DNA of 64,000 nucleotides from Eledone cirrhosa (lineage: Eukaryota), in contig OZ024746.1 in assembly GCA_964016885.1 (NCBI GenBank), positions 38,998,001 to 39,062,000 of the forward strand, read 5' to 3'. A program made the translations under genes and the position numbers. Below are positions 29,071 to 44,162 of this stretch, in pieces; positions within the stretch are counted from its first letter, which is position 1; every line of letters starts with the position of its first letter. Under the pieces are notes generated by a model that searched no databases, was not told the origin of the DNA, and was given only the letters and a program-made list of their open reading frames with translations.

Positions 29071-30387
29071 TAAATAAGAAAAAACTCTAATTCTGGGAGT
29101 ATAAACACGATAGACAAAACAAGTATGTGTGTGTGTGTGTGTGTTTATATGTGTTTATATGTGTGTGTGCGTCTACGTATTTATGAATGTATGTGTGTAT
29201 GTGTGCAATAATGAAATATAAAAAATGTCCAAGTCCATGTTATGTATTATGTAATAAAAGATAAGCATCTATATTTTTACAATAAAACCATCTGTTAACA
29301 ACTCACGTAAGTGATACCGTTATAAAATAGCTTTTGACTTCTTTCTTTTTTTTTTCTATTTGTTGTTTACCGACACGAAATGGAAAACCAAGCTGTGTTT
29401 CTATACAAAGGTGATATTTAGCTGACGACAAGTTATAAAAAACAAATGGCGTAACGAGATGATGGAGTGTATATAGACACTCTCCTAGGAGAAGGAAAAT
29501 ATAAACAAATTCAGAAATTATTTATGCCTGCTAATTGATAATTGTTGATTAATTAATAAAAGTCATCTGCTCTGCAACTAGAACATTTGCTTTTTTTTAA
29601 GTAGTTGATGATAATATCTGGTTAATTAGAAAGTTACAAGTGGGATGAAAGAGATGCTACATCAAGTTGATGTATGTTTGATTCGTTCAATGGAAGAAAA
29701 ATTATGAAAAAGTGTCATTGTACCGTGCCGTACTGTAAAACATGTTCATATTCTAAAAACAACTTCTATCGGGTTCTATAAATTGATCAGCTATTAAATT
29801 ATGTCCAATTAATAAATTAGGTGCAATCAGAGTATACATCTGCTAAACTAAATTACGGCATTCTTACAAATATAATTTTCTAATTTTATTTCCAAAAGGA
29901 AGAAAAACTGTAAATATATGAACAGAATAGTTCAAACACAGCATCGAAGTTTCAAACCCTTTCATTAATATAACTAAGAGAGAGAGAGAGAGGGAGAGAG
30001 AGGAGTGAGAGAGATAGAGAGATTGGAGGACTGAGTGAGAAAGAGAAAGAGAAAGTTAAATAAATATATAGATAGATAGATATATAGATAGATAGATAGA
30101 GAAACTGGCATTTGAGTATTACCAGAAATGATTCAACACATTCTTTGTATATAACTAATAAATTTAGAATAATTTGAAAATAGACTGAAGCCTTCTTAGT
30201 TGGTAGATATAAAAATTCTTAAAATTTTGTTATTTGATATTTATTCTTAAAGTAAAAGACTAAAGAGTTTAAGAAAAAAGTGGCTTCTAACATTCTTACT
30301 AATTAGTATACTTACAATATCTCTATATAAATAACTTTTACAAATTTATGAAATATTTTAATAAACAGTATTATTAAACTATTCTAT

Positions 30388-30540
30388 ACGCCATGCTTTG
30401 ACGCATAGAGTTACGGCCCTTGCCATTCTGAGTTCAAATCCCGCCGAGGTTAACTTTGCCTTTCATCCTTACGGGGTCGATAAAATAAGGTACCAGTAAT
30501 ACACTGGGTAATTGCTGGCCTTGTGCCAAAAGTAGAAACA
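30388..30540 (+). mobile_element. 5'-truncated SINE with target-site duplication
   Basis: attattaaactattct on both flanks. Confidence 0.85.
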
Positions 30541-31904
30541 ATTATTAAACTATTCTCTTTCCATCTTTTCCTAAAGAGACTGCTTTGTTGCGTTCTTGAG
30601 CAAAACACTTCATTTCACGTTACTCCAATAAACTCAGCTGAGATGAGTACCAGCAGCAGCTGGGGAGTTAAACCTGCGGTAAACCGGCGTCCTGTCCAGG
30701 GAAAGTCATCTACTCTTAGTTGCTTCACGCCAAGGAAACCGGGGATAAGCACCGGCTTGATGAAACTCCGGGCTCAGGACAGACTTTAGACTTTAACTTA
30801 ATTAATTTGCATTTAATACAAAAAAGAATTTTCTAGTAACGTATTTGTTGATTCTATTTTAATATTTTTTTAAATATATTAGTTTTTCAAATTATATTAG
30901 TTTTTCAAACTAATTTAGTTTTTAAAACTAAATTAGTTTTTAAAACTACATTACAGTAGTTTTCAAAATTCAACAGTTGCAAAAAAACACTTACACAACT
31001 AGCACCTGTATATTTTATATGTAATGGTTGAGAAATGACTCAAACATCAGTTCGATAAACACTTAGACTTCATAAGATTTATAGAATATTTCACCAATAT
31101 TTCAGCAGGCTATATTTCTTACCTATGCAGCTCCTGGACTTGAGTCCTGACAAGTGATTAGATGCTCAACATTCACGATAAACAGAAATGCAAATATTGA
31201 AATCAGGTGCCTTATAGTCAAAGTTATCATATCCTATTTGTTTATGAGGTAGTGCTACAATTCACAACCTTTTGAGTTTACCGATCATGACTATCACTTC
31301 CATTTCTTTAACCCCATGATTCATGATCAAAGTGACCTCGTCTTACCTTTCTTTGATCTCCTGTTCTACTTGAAAACCTTTCAAATTGCCACCTGAAGCC
31401 ATAAGCAGTGAACTCGTTTATATAAATTGAGGATCTTGGAAACTAACACCTAAGTAACACATTCTCTTTTAACTTACACACTTTTGTAGAATTTTAGAAA
31501 ACTGGATGAATTTCTTTAAGCACGATCCGGGCGACCACCACACCTATATTTCACTCCCTTACTGCCCTGCACAACCTTTCAAAATGTACTTGACTCCAGT
31601 CAAAACATTTTCACATTTGCTTTATATTACATTTTGTTTATTATTTACACATTTCCCCCTCTGTATTTGGAATTTCCCCCTCTGTATTTGGAAGATCCCA
31701 AACACGCGAGAAGCCCCTGCTCATAGCACGTGGCAACTGTCCAAGTTGCTGGTACCTTCAATAAACACTATGTGCAAAGTAAACATATAGATTGGATTGT
31801 CTCATCTGTTTCTATTATGGGATTCCCTACCTCATTTTAACTGGATTTTGAATAAACTGAAAAAAGATGTTTTAAAATATATTGTTATTATTTCAAAAAG
31901 CTTG

Positions 31905-32300
31905 TCGGACGCCATGCTTTGACACAAAGAGTTACGGCCCTTTCCATTCTGAGTTCAAATCCCGCCGAGGTTAACTTTGCCTTTCATCCTTACAGGGTCG
32001 ATAAAATAAAGTACCAGTAATACACTCGGTAATTGCTGGCCTTGTGCCAAAAGTAGAAACAATTATTTCAAAAAGCTTAGGGTGGTGGAATGGTAGAATA
32101 GGTAGATCACCAGACAAATTCCTTTACGGTATTTAGTTGCGACTTTCTTTCTACGTTCTGTGTTCAAATCCCCACAAAGTCTACTTTCCCTTTCATCTTT
32201 CTGGGGTCGATAAAATAAATTACCAGTTAGGTACAGGGGTTGATATCACCGATATTCTTCTTCACTCAAATTGCTGGCCTTGTACCCATATTAGAAACAA
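31905..32300 (+). mobile_element. Young SINE (31905-32062, flanked by ttatttcaaaaagctt) next to an older related SINE (32080-32300)
   Basis: Shared core and flanking direct repeats. Confidence 0.8.
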
Positions 32301-32479
32301 TTATTTCGTACAGTATGAAGTAAAAAAAAATAATGTAAATCATCCCGAAGCACTGCCGGGATATTGGACATTTGTGTTTAATTCAGGTTTAATTACGTGA
32401 AGGGGTTGAGATATAAATCTTCCATTGAGCAGAAAGTTAGTTTTTGTGAATAACGTTCCTAATTGAACAAGATTAAATC

Positions 32480-32620
32480 GACCCCAATGCGTAACTGGTA
32501 CTTTATTTTATCGAACCCGTAAGGATGGAAGGCAAAGCTAACCTTGGTGGGATTTAAACTCAGAACGTAAAGGGATGTAACTATATGCCGCAAATCATGT
32601 TGTTCGACGCTTGGCCAATT
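32480..32620 (-). mobile_element. Diverged SINE copy
   Basis: ctggtactttattttatcgaacccgtaaggatggaaggc core. Confidence 0.7.
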
Positions 32621-33394
32621 GCAGGTTGGTGAGGCTATTTAACCCATAGTTGGGGTGGATGGCCGTTTATTCTAAGGAATTCATCCTCCCTTTTTACAGC
32701 TCTTGCTTTTTGTGCTATTTGGGTTCCACTTACCATCCTCACCTGACCAGGGTCTGGTGAGGAGCTGCTTTAGTCATCGAGCACTCGACACTTTTTTCCT
32801 TTCACAACAAGCGTTAAATTAAGACTTTATGTAATTGTTTTATTTTTCTTCCTTTTTTTAATCTTTAACCATACATACATACATACATAAATACATACAT
32901 ACATACATACATGCATACACACAAAAACACATGCACGTGTGTATCTGTTTATGTTTGCAATTGTTTGAGTATGTGTATGTGTACTTTCATTAACGTTATC
33001 TCCTACAAAATACAAAAACAACACAAAAACAAACAAAAAAACATTTCCACGAAAGATAAGTTTTAATGTAAACCCAGCAATATAGTATTTTTCGTTGACT
33101 GTAGTATTTTTATACGAAAACCGAAATATCTGCATTTACATTCATATATATGTATATACCAATGTATATACCAATAAGCATGTCAGCGCCGGGGTATGTG
33201 TTTATGCGTGTGGACGTGTAAATTACAACTCGATAATAACCGTTAATATGTAGGTTTTAGCAGATGTAATACTATGAAATTGCATATTGTAAGAGATAAA
33301 CAGTGATGTGCTATATCACCTTGGTCTGTCTCTATTGATAAGCATTTTCCTTGCTTTAACTCGGTGTCCTTTTCTTTCGCTTTATCTATTTATA

Positions 33395-33790
33395 CAACAA
33401 CTGATTCTTTTTTTCAAATACCATTTTGGAAGAAGAATCAGGATGGAGAGAGAGGTGCTGTACCCCAGCAAGTTTTATGAAAGGTGGGTGAAAGTGGCGG
33501 GAATGGCCCGAGTGAATGGGCCTTCTCTCTATATCAGCCTGTAGGTTGAGGAAAAGGAGGAGGAGAGGAAAGGAGTACAAACTCTTCGTACTCCTGGAGA
33601 TGAGGGTTGCACATTTTTTCGGTTCGGGGGGTATGTGTTACCCATATGAACTGTCTCCCCCTATTGGGGAAAATCGACTAATTTTTTAAATTGCATTTGT
33701 GATAACATTTTACACGTTTTTATTGTATGTAAACTTCCCCCTTTGTATTTGTCCCCTTCTTTTGTGCCCCTGTGACTAATAAAGAAACAT
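33395..33790 (+). mobile_element. Probable L1/Tx1-type LINE 3' end
   Basis: FFKYHFGRRIRMERE...FYERW resembles an ORF2 C-terminus; pyrimidine-rich UTR ending in aataaaga. Confidence 0.45.
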
Positions 33791-34069
33791 ATCTATTTAT
33801 ACTTACCCGTTTATATCTATTATAACTTCTGTGTTGATATCTATTTATCCTTCTTTTATCACTACTCTTCTCTCCTCCTCTTCCTCTTCCTCCTCTTCCT
33901 CACCCCTCCTCCTTCCTCCTCGTCCTCCTCCTCATCATCATCATCCATCTCATCCTCTTCATCACCCGCCTCCTCCTCCTCCCCTCCTCCTCATCGTCAT
34001 CGTCATCATCATCATCATCATCATCCTCCAGAGAATGATGAAGCCAATTAAATCGCCCCCCCCCCCCCT

Positions 34070-34222
34070 GTGCGTTACTGGTCTGGTACTTTATTTATCG
34101 ACCCCGTAGGGATGAAAGGCAAAGCTAATCCGGGGCAGGATTTTAAATCAGAACGTAAAGGGCCGTAACTCTATTCTGTGAAGCATGGTGTTTGTTCGAC
34201 GGTCTACTGATACTGACAATCC
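34070..34222 (-). mobile_element. Diverged SINE copy
   Basis: Same core as the other copies. Confidence 0.7.
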
Positions 34223-34523
34223 AAATGATTTAAAATGTCTTTGATATACCTACAAGGAGGTATCGTTGCATTTCATTTACCTGGCAGTGCTCTTGTATTT
34301 GATTAAATGTCATCTAAAATTAGAATGCTACTCACAGCTCCATGTTCTCAGTAACCCAGATCATATATGCAGCAGAAAATAATATGATACAGTTTTCACA
34401 AATAATTCACACCATATAATTATGCTCTTCTGTGAAAGCCTTAAAGAGCTGCATCTCCTTTCTATGGAAAATAACAGATTAAAGTTTAAGCAAAGAATCG
34501 CTACGTCATCACTTTTTTATTAT

Positions 34524-34576
<53 letters not shown>

Positions 34577-34580
34577 GTAT

Positions 34581-34776
34581 AAAAAACAATGCAATATAAT
34601 TACCTCATTACCAGAGGTTTCCCGAATAAGACGAATACGAAAGAAACGTCTTCATTCGTTCGTCGGACGAGGCAATATATATTGCCTCGTCCGACGAACG
34701 AATGAAGACGTTTCTTTCGTATTCGTCTTATTCGGGAAACCTCTGGTAATGAGGTAATTATATTGCATTGTTTTTT
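34581..34776. repeat. Perfect palindrome, 98-bp arms, no spacer
   Basis: Centre ggcaatat|atattgcc. Confidence 0.9.
34685..34754 (+). ncRNA. Type I hammerhead, U4C variant (mirror copy on minus at 34603-34672)
   Basis: cctcgt CCGACGA a cgaatgaagacg...cgtcttattcg g GAAA cc tct gg TA atgagg. Confidence 0.6.
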
Positions 34777-34861
34777 TACACATTAAATTTTGCTCTGGTA
34801 CTTACATAGAGCACTCTTCACTCCTATGACTTTTTCTATTTTCAACGGAAACTTCAATACT

Positions 34862-34912
<51 letters not shown>

Positions 34913-34915
<3 letters not shown>

Positions 34916-35038
34916 CGAGTAGGACCCCTACGGCTGAGCTCAAGTCGTTTCGACGGCTAATTCTGAACTAAAAAATTTTTTAGTCCAGAATTAGCCGTCG
35001 AAACGGCTTGAGCTCGTCCGTCGGGGTCCTACTCGTTC
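34913..35038. repeat. Imperfect palindrome, 63-bp arms
   Basis: Centre aaaaa|ttttt; right arm has a GAAAC..GTC hammerhead-like 3' half. Confidence 0.8.
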
Positions 35039-35118
35039 CTATTACCCACTCTACTACCCTAAGTATTGAGTACTTTGGTGCGTTATGGTCCACCTGGTTC
35101 GTTACCACATTTCCTTCG

Positions 35119-35182
<64 letters not shown>

Positions 35183-35367
35183 ATTTCCATGTATGAAAAG
35201 CTGATAGGTAAAAGTGTTGATACCGCATATTGGGATTCGAATGGTCCGAAAACATACATCGGATTAGTGATTGGAGATGTAATCACTTACATATTAACGA
35301 AACACGTGTCAGTTACATAATAAATATCAAACCTTCAATTGTGAAATTGGTGTATTTATGTAATTTA

Positions 35368-35404
<37 letters not shown>

Positions 35405-35471
35405 ATAATAATAAATTTGAAGACTAAAATCCAAAAAGGGCTCGATTTGCTTAAAATTTAATGTTATTTTA

Positions 35472-35587
<116 letters not shown>

Positions 35588-36365
35588 TATATGATGATAT
35601 CATTATATCAATTTAATCAAAATATATTTCCATTAAACTCACTAAATCTGAATGATGCTCATGTTGTCCACCTTTGCCAGACATGTAGAGTTTTATCTCT
35701 CTGCCATATTTTAAACCAGACTAATCAACAACGGAAGAAAGAATTTGATCACACATAAGAAACAGCAGACGGGGTGATAGATAAATTGAGGAGGTGAGAA
35801 GAGGAAGATAGAAATATGTTGAGCTCGAAGTTCTAGAGCTATTTTTTTAAAGTCCACACACACACACATTCTCTGTCACCACCTCCCCTCCTCCTCTTTC
35901 TTCCCGTTTGACCTGTGTGTAATTCTTTTCTCCCGCACGTTGGCCAAGCTGGTATGAATTTTTTCTCTCTCTCGTCTACAATTTCACAGAACTTATGTTT
36001 ACCGAATTCGCAGACCAGACCCCTTCTTCCTCCCGTTAGACCTGTGCGAAATTCCTTCCTTGCTCACATTTCAACCAGGTTTGATGGTCTTTATTCTCTC
36101 GTTCACGATTTCACCGAATTTAAATTCATAGAAATCTGGGACTTGTCTCTTTCTTCCTCACTTACTGTTGCTTCACCATTTTGTTTGTTTACCCTCGCGT
36201 CCCCTTTATTTACGTGTCCCAACGACTTTTTTTAGCCGTTGCTCGCACCAACCGGAGGTATATGGTCTTTATAGCGATGAAATGCCTATGATGGTTGGAA
36301 GATCACTGATGAAGGACAAACTTTTTTCATATGTAACCCAGTTGCAACTCCGCAGTGCCCTTATT

Positions 36366-36402
<37 letters not shown>

Positions 36403-36600
36403 TTACATAATTTTACCTATTGAGTACGCTGAGATGCAGCCAGTACTAGCAGGGAACACTTACGCTAGTACCGTCAACTGAGGACCCCCCCCCCCCCTCG
36501 TTCTTGCTTTCTTCTTGTTCTTATTCCCATTTTTAAGCCTACCTTAACTAGCAGCTACATAGCCACCCTATCCTCCATATATATATATATTTATATATAT

Positions 36601-36671
<71 letters not shown>

Positions 36672-37148
36672 AGAGAGAGAGAATATTAAGCAAGCAAATT
36701 TAGACTGGGTCTAAAAATATTTGATGCCAGGAGATTAAAGGGGCCCATCTACATATAGAATGCTAGCATTTGCCACAAAAAAAACTACAGGGGGCCCTGC
36801 ATGCCACTGTGGGCCACCTGGGGCCCACTTGCCATTGGGCATCTTGGCAAGTCCGCCACTGTATATATATATATATATATATATATAATTTGTTTGTTAA
36901 AATAATCAAATTAAGTTAATTCAACAGTTAAACACACATAGGAATAATAAGGTTGTTACCAAAGAGCCAGAAGATTGACAAGTCGACCCTAAATATGACT
37001 AATAGGTTTATAATTATTAATTTTCAATATGCTTTTGTAGCTGTCTCAGCGACCTAGTTGGAGGAATCATAGACGGCGGTGATCCAGGTTTGAAGTTCGA
37101 TCCAGGTCGGGAGTAGGGCTCCCTGTAAACCTTTTCAGTCCGTATATA

Positions 37149-37251
<103 letters not shown>

Positions 37252-37415
37252 CGGTCAGATTCCGTGGGCTTAAACAAGTAAAGAGTGAAAAAAATGATAT
37301 ACATACATACATACACACACACACACACTCATGTATATATATATATCATGGGTGTATGTATATTTGTATAAATATACGCAAACACGCACACAGAAATCGT
37401 TTATAAAAATATTAC

Positions 37416-37531
<116 letters not shown>

Positions 37532-37970
37532 ATGTAATATTTACGCTTTTCAAAAGAAAGATCACTTTTTTGCCAGTGACTAAGGAATCATCCCAGCTGA
37601 TGCTGCATTCCCCCTTCAGTGTAATTGGATATCATTGAGGGGGAAGGCCCGTAGAAGAATGCATGCTTATTTATAGAAACCTATTTTCGTGGGTGTTAGG
37701 AAAAAACAGAAAGCTGATTTTATTTTTTTACCTCGTGAGATAAAATGACTGGATACTGAAGATCACCGACTTGAGACGGAAGTTGTATCTAGTCTATACC
37801 TAGTCTAATGCTGAAAAGTTTACACCATTACGTCTATCTGTATATTTAACCCTTCCCCCCGCTCTCTGTCCCCACTCACCTTCACACACTCTCTCTCACT
37901 CTCTCTCACTCTCTCTCACACACACACTCTCACACTCTCTCTCTCTAACCCTCTCTCGCTCTCTCTCTCG

Positions 37971-38043
<73 letters not shown>

Positions 38044-38647
38044 ACTCTCTCTTGCTCTCTCTCACACTCTCTCTCTCTCTAACTCTCTCTCTCTCTGTCT
38101 CTCTCTCTCTCTCGCTCACACACACTAAGCGATACGCCGAATGGTTCGCTCACACACACTAAGCGATACGCCGAATGGTAAATTCTACAGCGGTTTCGGG
38201 GAAATATGAGAATGATACATGTAATATTCATACACATGAATAGATACACAGAGACACATGCATGCATATATGCATATATACATACACGCATTCATATATG
38301 CATATATACATATAAACATACATACACACATACATGCACATAATTCATACAATCACACATACATACATATATACATATATACATATAACTACACAAATAT
38401 ACATATAATTCATACAAACATACACATACATACATACATACATGCATACCTTCATACATACATACATAAATAATACATACTTACATACATACCTACATAC
38501 TTACATGCATACATATATACATGATGGCTGCCCCCCTCGTTATCGAGTATGGCCATTGCACGAGAAAAAAATATATATATACACACATATATACATACAT
38601 ACCTACATACATACATACATACATACCTACCTACATACATACATACA

Positions 38648-38681
<34 letters not shown>

Positions 38682-38748
38682 CACACACATATATACACAC
38701 ATATATACACACATATATACATACATACATACCTACCTACCTACATAC

Positions 38749-38779
<31 letters not shown>

Positions 38780-38936
38780 CATACATACATACATACATAC
38801 ATACATACATACATACATACATACTTACATACATACCTACAAGGGAGGACAATTTCTTTTCTCTTACAACCTTGCCACCAGGAAGGTGGCCGGTCAAAAA
38901 TGTACTGGAAATTAAGAGAAAGAGAAACATACATTC

Positions 38937-38972
<36 letters not shown>

Positions 38973-39045
38973 TTAGATATTTATATACATACATATTTAC
39001 GCGTTTCCTATGTGTCTGCTAGTTTTTCAAGTATAAAGCGGGCGT

Positions 39046-39183
<138 letters not shown>

Positions 39184-41169
39184 ATGTGTGTGCATGTATG
39201 TGCGTAGAGTTCAGAATCTTATGGTACCTTTATCATATATGTGTATGAAAGATTATATGTCTGCATATTCTCAAAGTTTAAGTTTTTCTTTGCAACATGT
39301 CTAATACTGTTTATTTCTGAACAAGATAATTGCTTTTATATGTATGCTTAAGAACCTAACAAATGGGTATACATATGTCTGTGTTAATGTATGTGTCACG
39401 TTGTTCTATTAATAAAAGGTAGTTGGTTTCCAGCTAAAAAACAGAGCGTTATCATTTGAAATTAGATAATAAACGTATAGATATGTTTTGGATTTCTGAA
39501 AAGTCTTGCATATTTTTACTGTTGCTCTTACTGACTAAATTTATTTGTAAATTACAAGTTAGTTGATATGATTCTTTCTCTAAAAACCCCATCTTATTTC
39601 GTGAGCGTAAATAGAAATAGAAATTTACAGCCTGGGCAAAGAAGTTATAGGTTTTGAAGCAACTCACTGCGAATAACTTTTGAGCACAGACATTTTGTGG
39701 AAGAGAGGTGATTGGTCATTAGTAAATACTAATTTATCGAAATTTATCGAAATTTAACGAAAGATTCTGTCCAAAAATTCCCTTTCTTATTCATAACATA
39801 CTATTTATTCCAACGTTTGATCTTAGTTATTCAGATTCTATTGTTTTACTATCAAACGTAATGCTTGGTAAGCCATTGAATTTTTGTGGTAAATATTGAA
39901 GACTTAGTATCCATGTTTCAAGATGGCGTGACAGAAATGTTTCACTGTTGACGTTTGAAAGAAATTTGTTTCATTTATTGGTTGTTGCCGACTAATGAAG
40001 TAAACATCAATTGCACTGAGTACCACCTGATTCCTATAGTGAGCTATATCTTGTACAAGGTTTTTATACTTTCAGAATATTACCTGAATCTGTTGGCCAC
40101 ACCATTCTCTATAGTACATCCATCTGCTGGTCACACCATCCTGTCTGTTACATCCATCTGTTGGTCACACAATCTGGTATGTTACATACATATGTTCGTC
40201 ATACCATCCTATATGTTGGTTACATCATCTGTTGGTTACATCATCCAATGTGTTACATCCATCTGTTACATCCATCAATTAGTCAAATCGATGTTAGAGA
40301 AACTTCCGCTGCACAAGAGGGAAAAAAATGTTTAATTATAGAAACCCTTTCCTTTAATAAGTAATAAAAAAATAAAAAAATAAATAAATAAATAAATAAA
40401 TAAATAAATTTTTATACAAATAAACAAATAAATAAATACAAAAAACTTGTCTAAGGAATGAGAGACAGTAGATTGTATGGTATCAAAGACGTCTTTGTCG
40501 GACTAGTTTTGTGCTATCTCATTTAGTCTTTGTTTTCATTTTTCTGCCTTTTGAAACTTTCTTTCAATCTTACTTTGTTTCTTTTCCTTTGTTTCTTTTC
40601 CTCAACCTTTATCTCCCCCCTTTTCCCTATTCACCATTCTTTTTCCGTTTTCCGTTTTTTTTTTCTAATTATTTTTTAAATTTCTAATCTTTCCGCATTC
40701 CTTTGCTTCTTCTACTCACTGCCTTGTGTTGTCAGATTTTTCTTTTTGCTTTATGCTGTTTTATTAAAATATTGTATTTGTTTTGTTTTTTCCTCGGCAT
40801 TCTTTCTTCATCCCACATTTCTCCCTTCTTTCGATCTATTCTTTTCACAAGATTCCCTTCCATTTTTATATCTTACATTCGCCTTCTTTCCAAACACCCA
40901 ATTTTCACAATTCTACCTTGGTTCCTCATCCCTCTCTTGAATATTTCCTCTATGTTATACTTTCTTTTATTTCTCTCTCCCTTGTTCCAAACTCTATTCT
41001 TCCTATTTTCTGTGCCGTCCTTCTCTATTTCCTTCTTGCTGTTATAGTCTTAATAGTTCCTCTGAGGTCCTTCCTTCCTCCGTCTTACGAAAAAATTGTG
41101 GAATCCATGTTTGTGATTTAGAGAAGAGAATTCACTGTTAGCAATATGAATAAACTATTTATGTTTTAG

Positions 41170-41304
41170 GTGATCAACAACATCCCAGACCTCATTCGCT
41201 TACCGAGTGAGGTGGAACTCGTCAAATCGGACCACGGAAACAATGTTTTCATTGGTCTTTCCATTGCTGGTACTTTCTACCAGTTGCATCTCCTGGCAGA
41301 ATAA
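41170..41304 (+). CDS. Candidate isolated terminal exon, product unknown
   Basis: ttttag acceptor, then open frame VINNIPDLIRLPSEVELVKSDHGNNVFIGLSIAGTFYQLHLLAE*; non-repetitive and GC-richer than its flanks. Confidence 0.3.
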   Translation: MINNIPDLIRLPSEVELVKSDHGNNVFIGLSIAGTFYQLHLLAE

Positions 41305-42501
41305 ACTATAAAGCTAGTAATTAAAATGCTTTCTCATATAAATGATATTCATTTCTAATATACACACAGGACATGCATTTTAGGGAAGGCGTACATTTGA
41401 TTAATCGAAATCCATTATGTGATGAAGGTCGATTTTGATGGGATTTGAGCTCAAAATGTTAAGAATCTTTAACTTATTACAATTCACATCACGCGCCATT
41501 CTTACCACTCAAAGCCCACACTTATAAGCAACAATTCGAGGGCAAAATGTTGAAAAACAGTTAGGGATCCGTCAACGGCAACCAAACCACTACCCATTAT
41601 ATCATTCAAAGGGTCACTAAACAAACTTATGTAGTGGGTGTTTTTAACCAGTTATTTTAAACAGAAAAAGGTTTGGGGGATTAAAGAATGTTGGTAGCAT
41701 GTCCAAAACTTTATATACATATAGAGAGAATATTAGGTTGTGTCAGAATGAAAGAAGAAAACAAAAAGGGGGAATCACCATGAGAAAAATTCAGAATGTG
41801 CTACATACACATACTCATATGCGTACATACGCATTCGCATATGCGGACGTATATACAAGCATACTTACCTACCTACCTACCTACATACATACATAAATAC
41901 ATACATACATACATACATACATACATACATACATACATACATACATACATACATACATACATACATACATACATACATACCCAGGGAAATTGTAGAGCTA
42001 TACTGTAATGAATTACTGGATAAAAAGTGGCATGCTTATCAGCAATAAATTATGCTTATCAGCAAGTGAGAGTAATATAGATGAGTAATGCAGTCTATCT
42101 TTGAGCAACAGCCGGTATATTGGCTCTAGCTTTGAAGGATAAGCTTTTGCAATCCAAGAACAGGAAATAATAACGAAATACCTGATGCACAAAAGATATA
42201 GAGATGCAGGCAAAACACCTAGATGCGACAACAAATGCAGACTCTGCAGAATAATGATCGAAGATGCTGTCCAAAGATGTCATCACGATACTATCTACCT
42301 ATGATGTATATCTGTGTGTCGTGTCATTTGCGTGCATTCATCCCAGGAAACTCAACTCGTTGGAATGCTTTCCAAAATTTCGCTGCGTTACTAATCTATT
42401 GGATTAGAAAATCCCACCATTTTCATGTTATTATTAAAATCTCCAGCTCAATAATACACCTATGATAATATTCAGGATAAAAGAGCATTAATTCACTTTC
42501 G

Positions 42502-42535
<34 letters not shown>

Positions 42536-42731
42536 CCCCCCTTTCTCTCTCCCCCACCTCTCTCTTTCTTTTTTTCTTTTTTAACCTATACAATATATTT
42601 ACATCCATTGGAAAATTAACATCAATAAAAGTACATGCCTTTTGTTCACTGTCCCGTAGAACTATGTCTGGTCTAATGTAAGCGCACTGAATTTCTGTGC
42701 CTAAAGTAGAAACAATTATTTTTTTTTTTTT

Positions 42732-42907
42732 TGCAGTATCGGTAGAGGGTCGGACGTCATGCTTTGACGCATAGAGTTACGGCCCTTGCCATTCTGAGTT
42801 CAAATCCCGCCGAGGTTAACTTTGCCTTTCATCCATATGGGGTCGATAAAATAAAGTACCAGTAATACACTGGATAATTGCTGGCCTTGTGCCAAAAGTA
42901 GAAACAA
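42732..42907 (+). mobile_element. tRNA-derived SINE
   Basis: Same family as 28322-28506. Confidence 0.8.
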
Positions 42908-43648
42908 ATATTATTATTTTTAACGATGTGGATACATTCTGTTTCTAGTGTGCTTCTAGCATGACCTTCAATGCAATCGTTACTGTTCCTAAAATTATAT
43001 TTAGTTTTCGTAATTATATCGTATCTCATTGGAAGGTAATATCTTGGGGAAAGTTTTAGACAATAGTTGATGTGGGTGATATCTGCCACATTTGTATTGG
43101 TACAGTCAACATTTTCTATAACAAAGGAAAAGCGACTCTCAGATTTCCGAGCTATGCACTCTATCGTGTAACTTTAATACAAAGACCCTTCAAAGGAACC
43201 ACATTTCAACAGCTTGTATTAGTGATTGTATTCTTTCGGTCATTACCCAAGATCATATGTAAGGGTTAGTGCGAATACCGAATTGAAGATAGCGAGTTCG
43301 GCTTTTACATCTACCTCTATTCTTCTAATGAACTGTGATATCTATTTAATAGCATAAGTTATCTATATATACACATAAAATCAACGCGTCGGACAAATGC
43401 CTAGCAGTATTTGTTCCCGATCGTTACTTTGAGTTCAAATCCCACCGAAGTCAACTTTACCTTTCATCAGTACTGAGTTCGATTTAATCAAATTTCCCCT
43501 CCCAAAAATTGCTGCCCTTGAGCCTAAAGTAGAAATTACTGTTTGTTAGGTAAAATATCATATATGCACTTATGTGTCAGTGTTTGTGTGTGTATATATA
43601 TGTGTGTGTGTGTTTGGGAGAGGGGGGATGTGTGTATATATATATATA

Positions 43649-44098
43649 GTTATACTTGGGGAGGGTCATCTTGTTATAATATTGCCAGAAATAATAACAG
43701 AACACACTCACTGTTTGGTTTGGGTTGGTTTTCGCTTCTGTATCTTTTATATCTCCATAGTTAATCTATTTGGCAATCAATGTTTATCATTGATTGACCA
43801 GCGGTTAAAAATACAGATATAAATATATATATATATATAGTCTATCAAAGTTCTTTCGTCGTACATCTGCAACATTATCAGTGGTACTATTATGTTTCCT
43901 CCCATTGTATTGTAATGGCATTGATTGCCAGATAAAGTAACTATGGTAATATAAAAGATACAGAAGCGAAAACCAACCCAAACCAAACAGTGAGTGTGTT
44001 CTGTTATTATTTCTGGCAATATTATAACAACAATATGACCCTCCCCAAGTATAACAATATTTGTTTCGACACACGATTTCATATCAAAAACCTTGCAA

Positions 44099-44104
<6 letters not shown>
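43649..44104. mobile_element. Inverted pseudo-LTR pair related to the PLE at 16.3-17.9 kb
   Basis: Arms 43649-43782 and 43919-44055; the tail 44056-44104 is on the right arm only and resembles 17850-17900. Confidence 0.7.

Positions 44105-44162
<58 letters not shown>

Noticed and set aside
31347-31392. 46-nt minus-strand micro-exon (ttcag...gtaag)
   Set aside because: Such splice-site pairs arise by chance, and there is no supporting homology.
35197-35314. Hammerhead-like GAAACACGTGTC with upstream CTGATAG
   Set aside because: Core and stem I are too degraded. Similar partial motifs near 28940, 36305, 50634, 55482 and 56755-56835 were also not called.
36720-36861. hAT-type MITE end (cagtggcgga on minus)
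   Set aside because: No partner TIR or target-site duplication found.
39919-39928. YY1-like motif caagatggcg (also near 62380 on minus)
   Set aside because: A lone short motif with no other promoter evidence.
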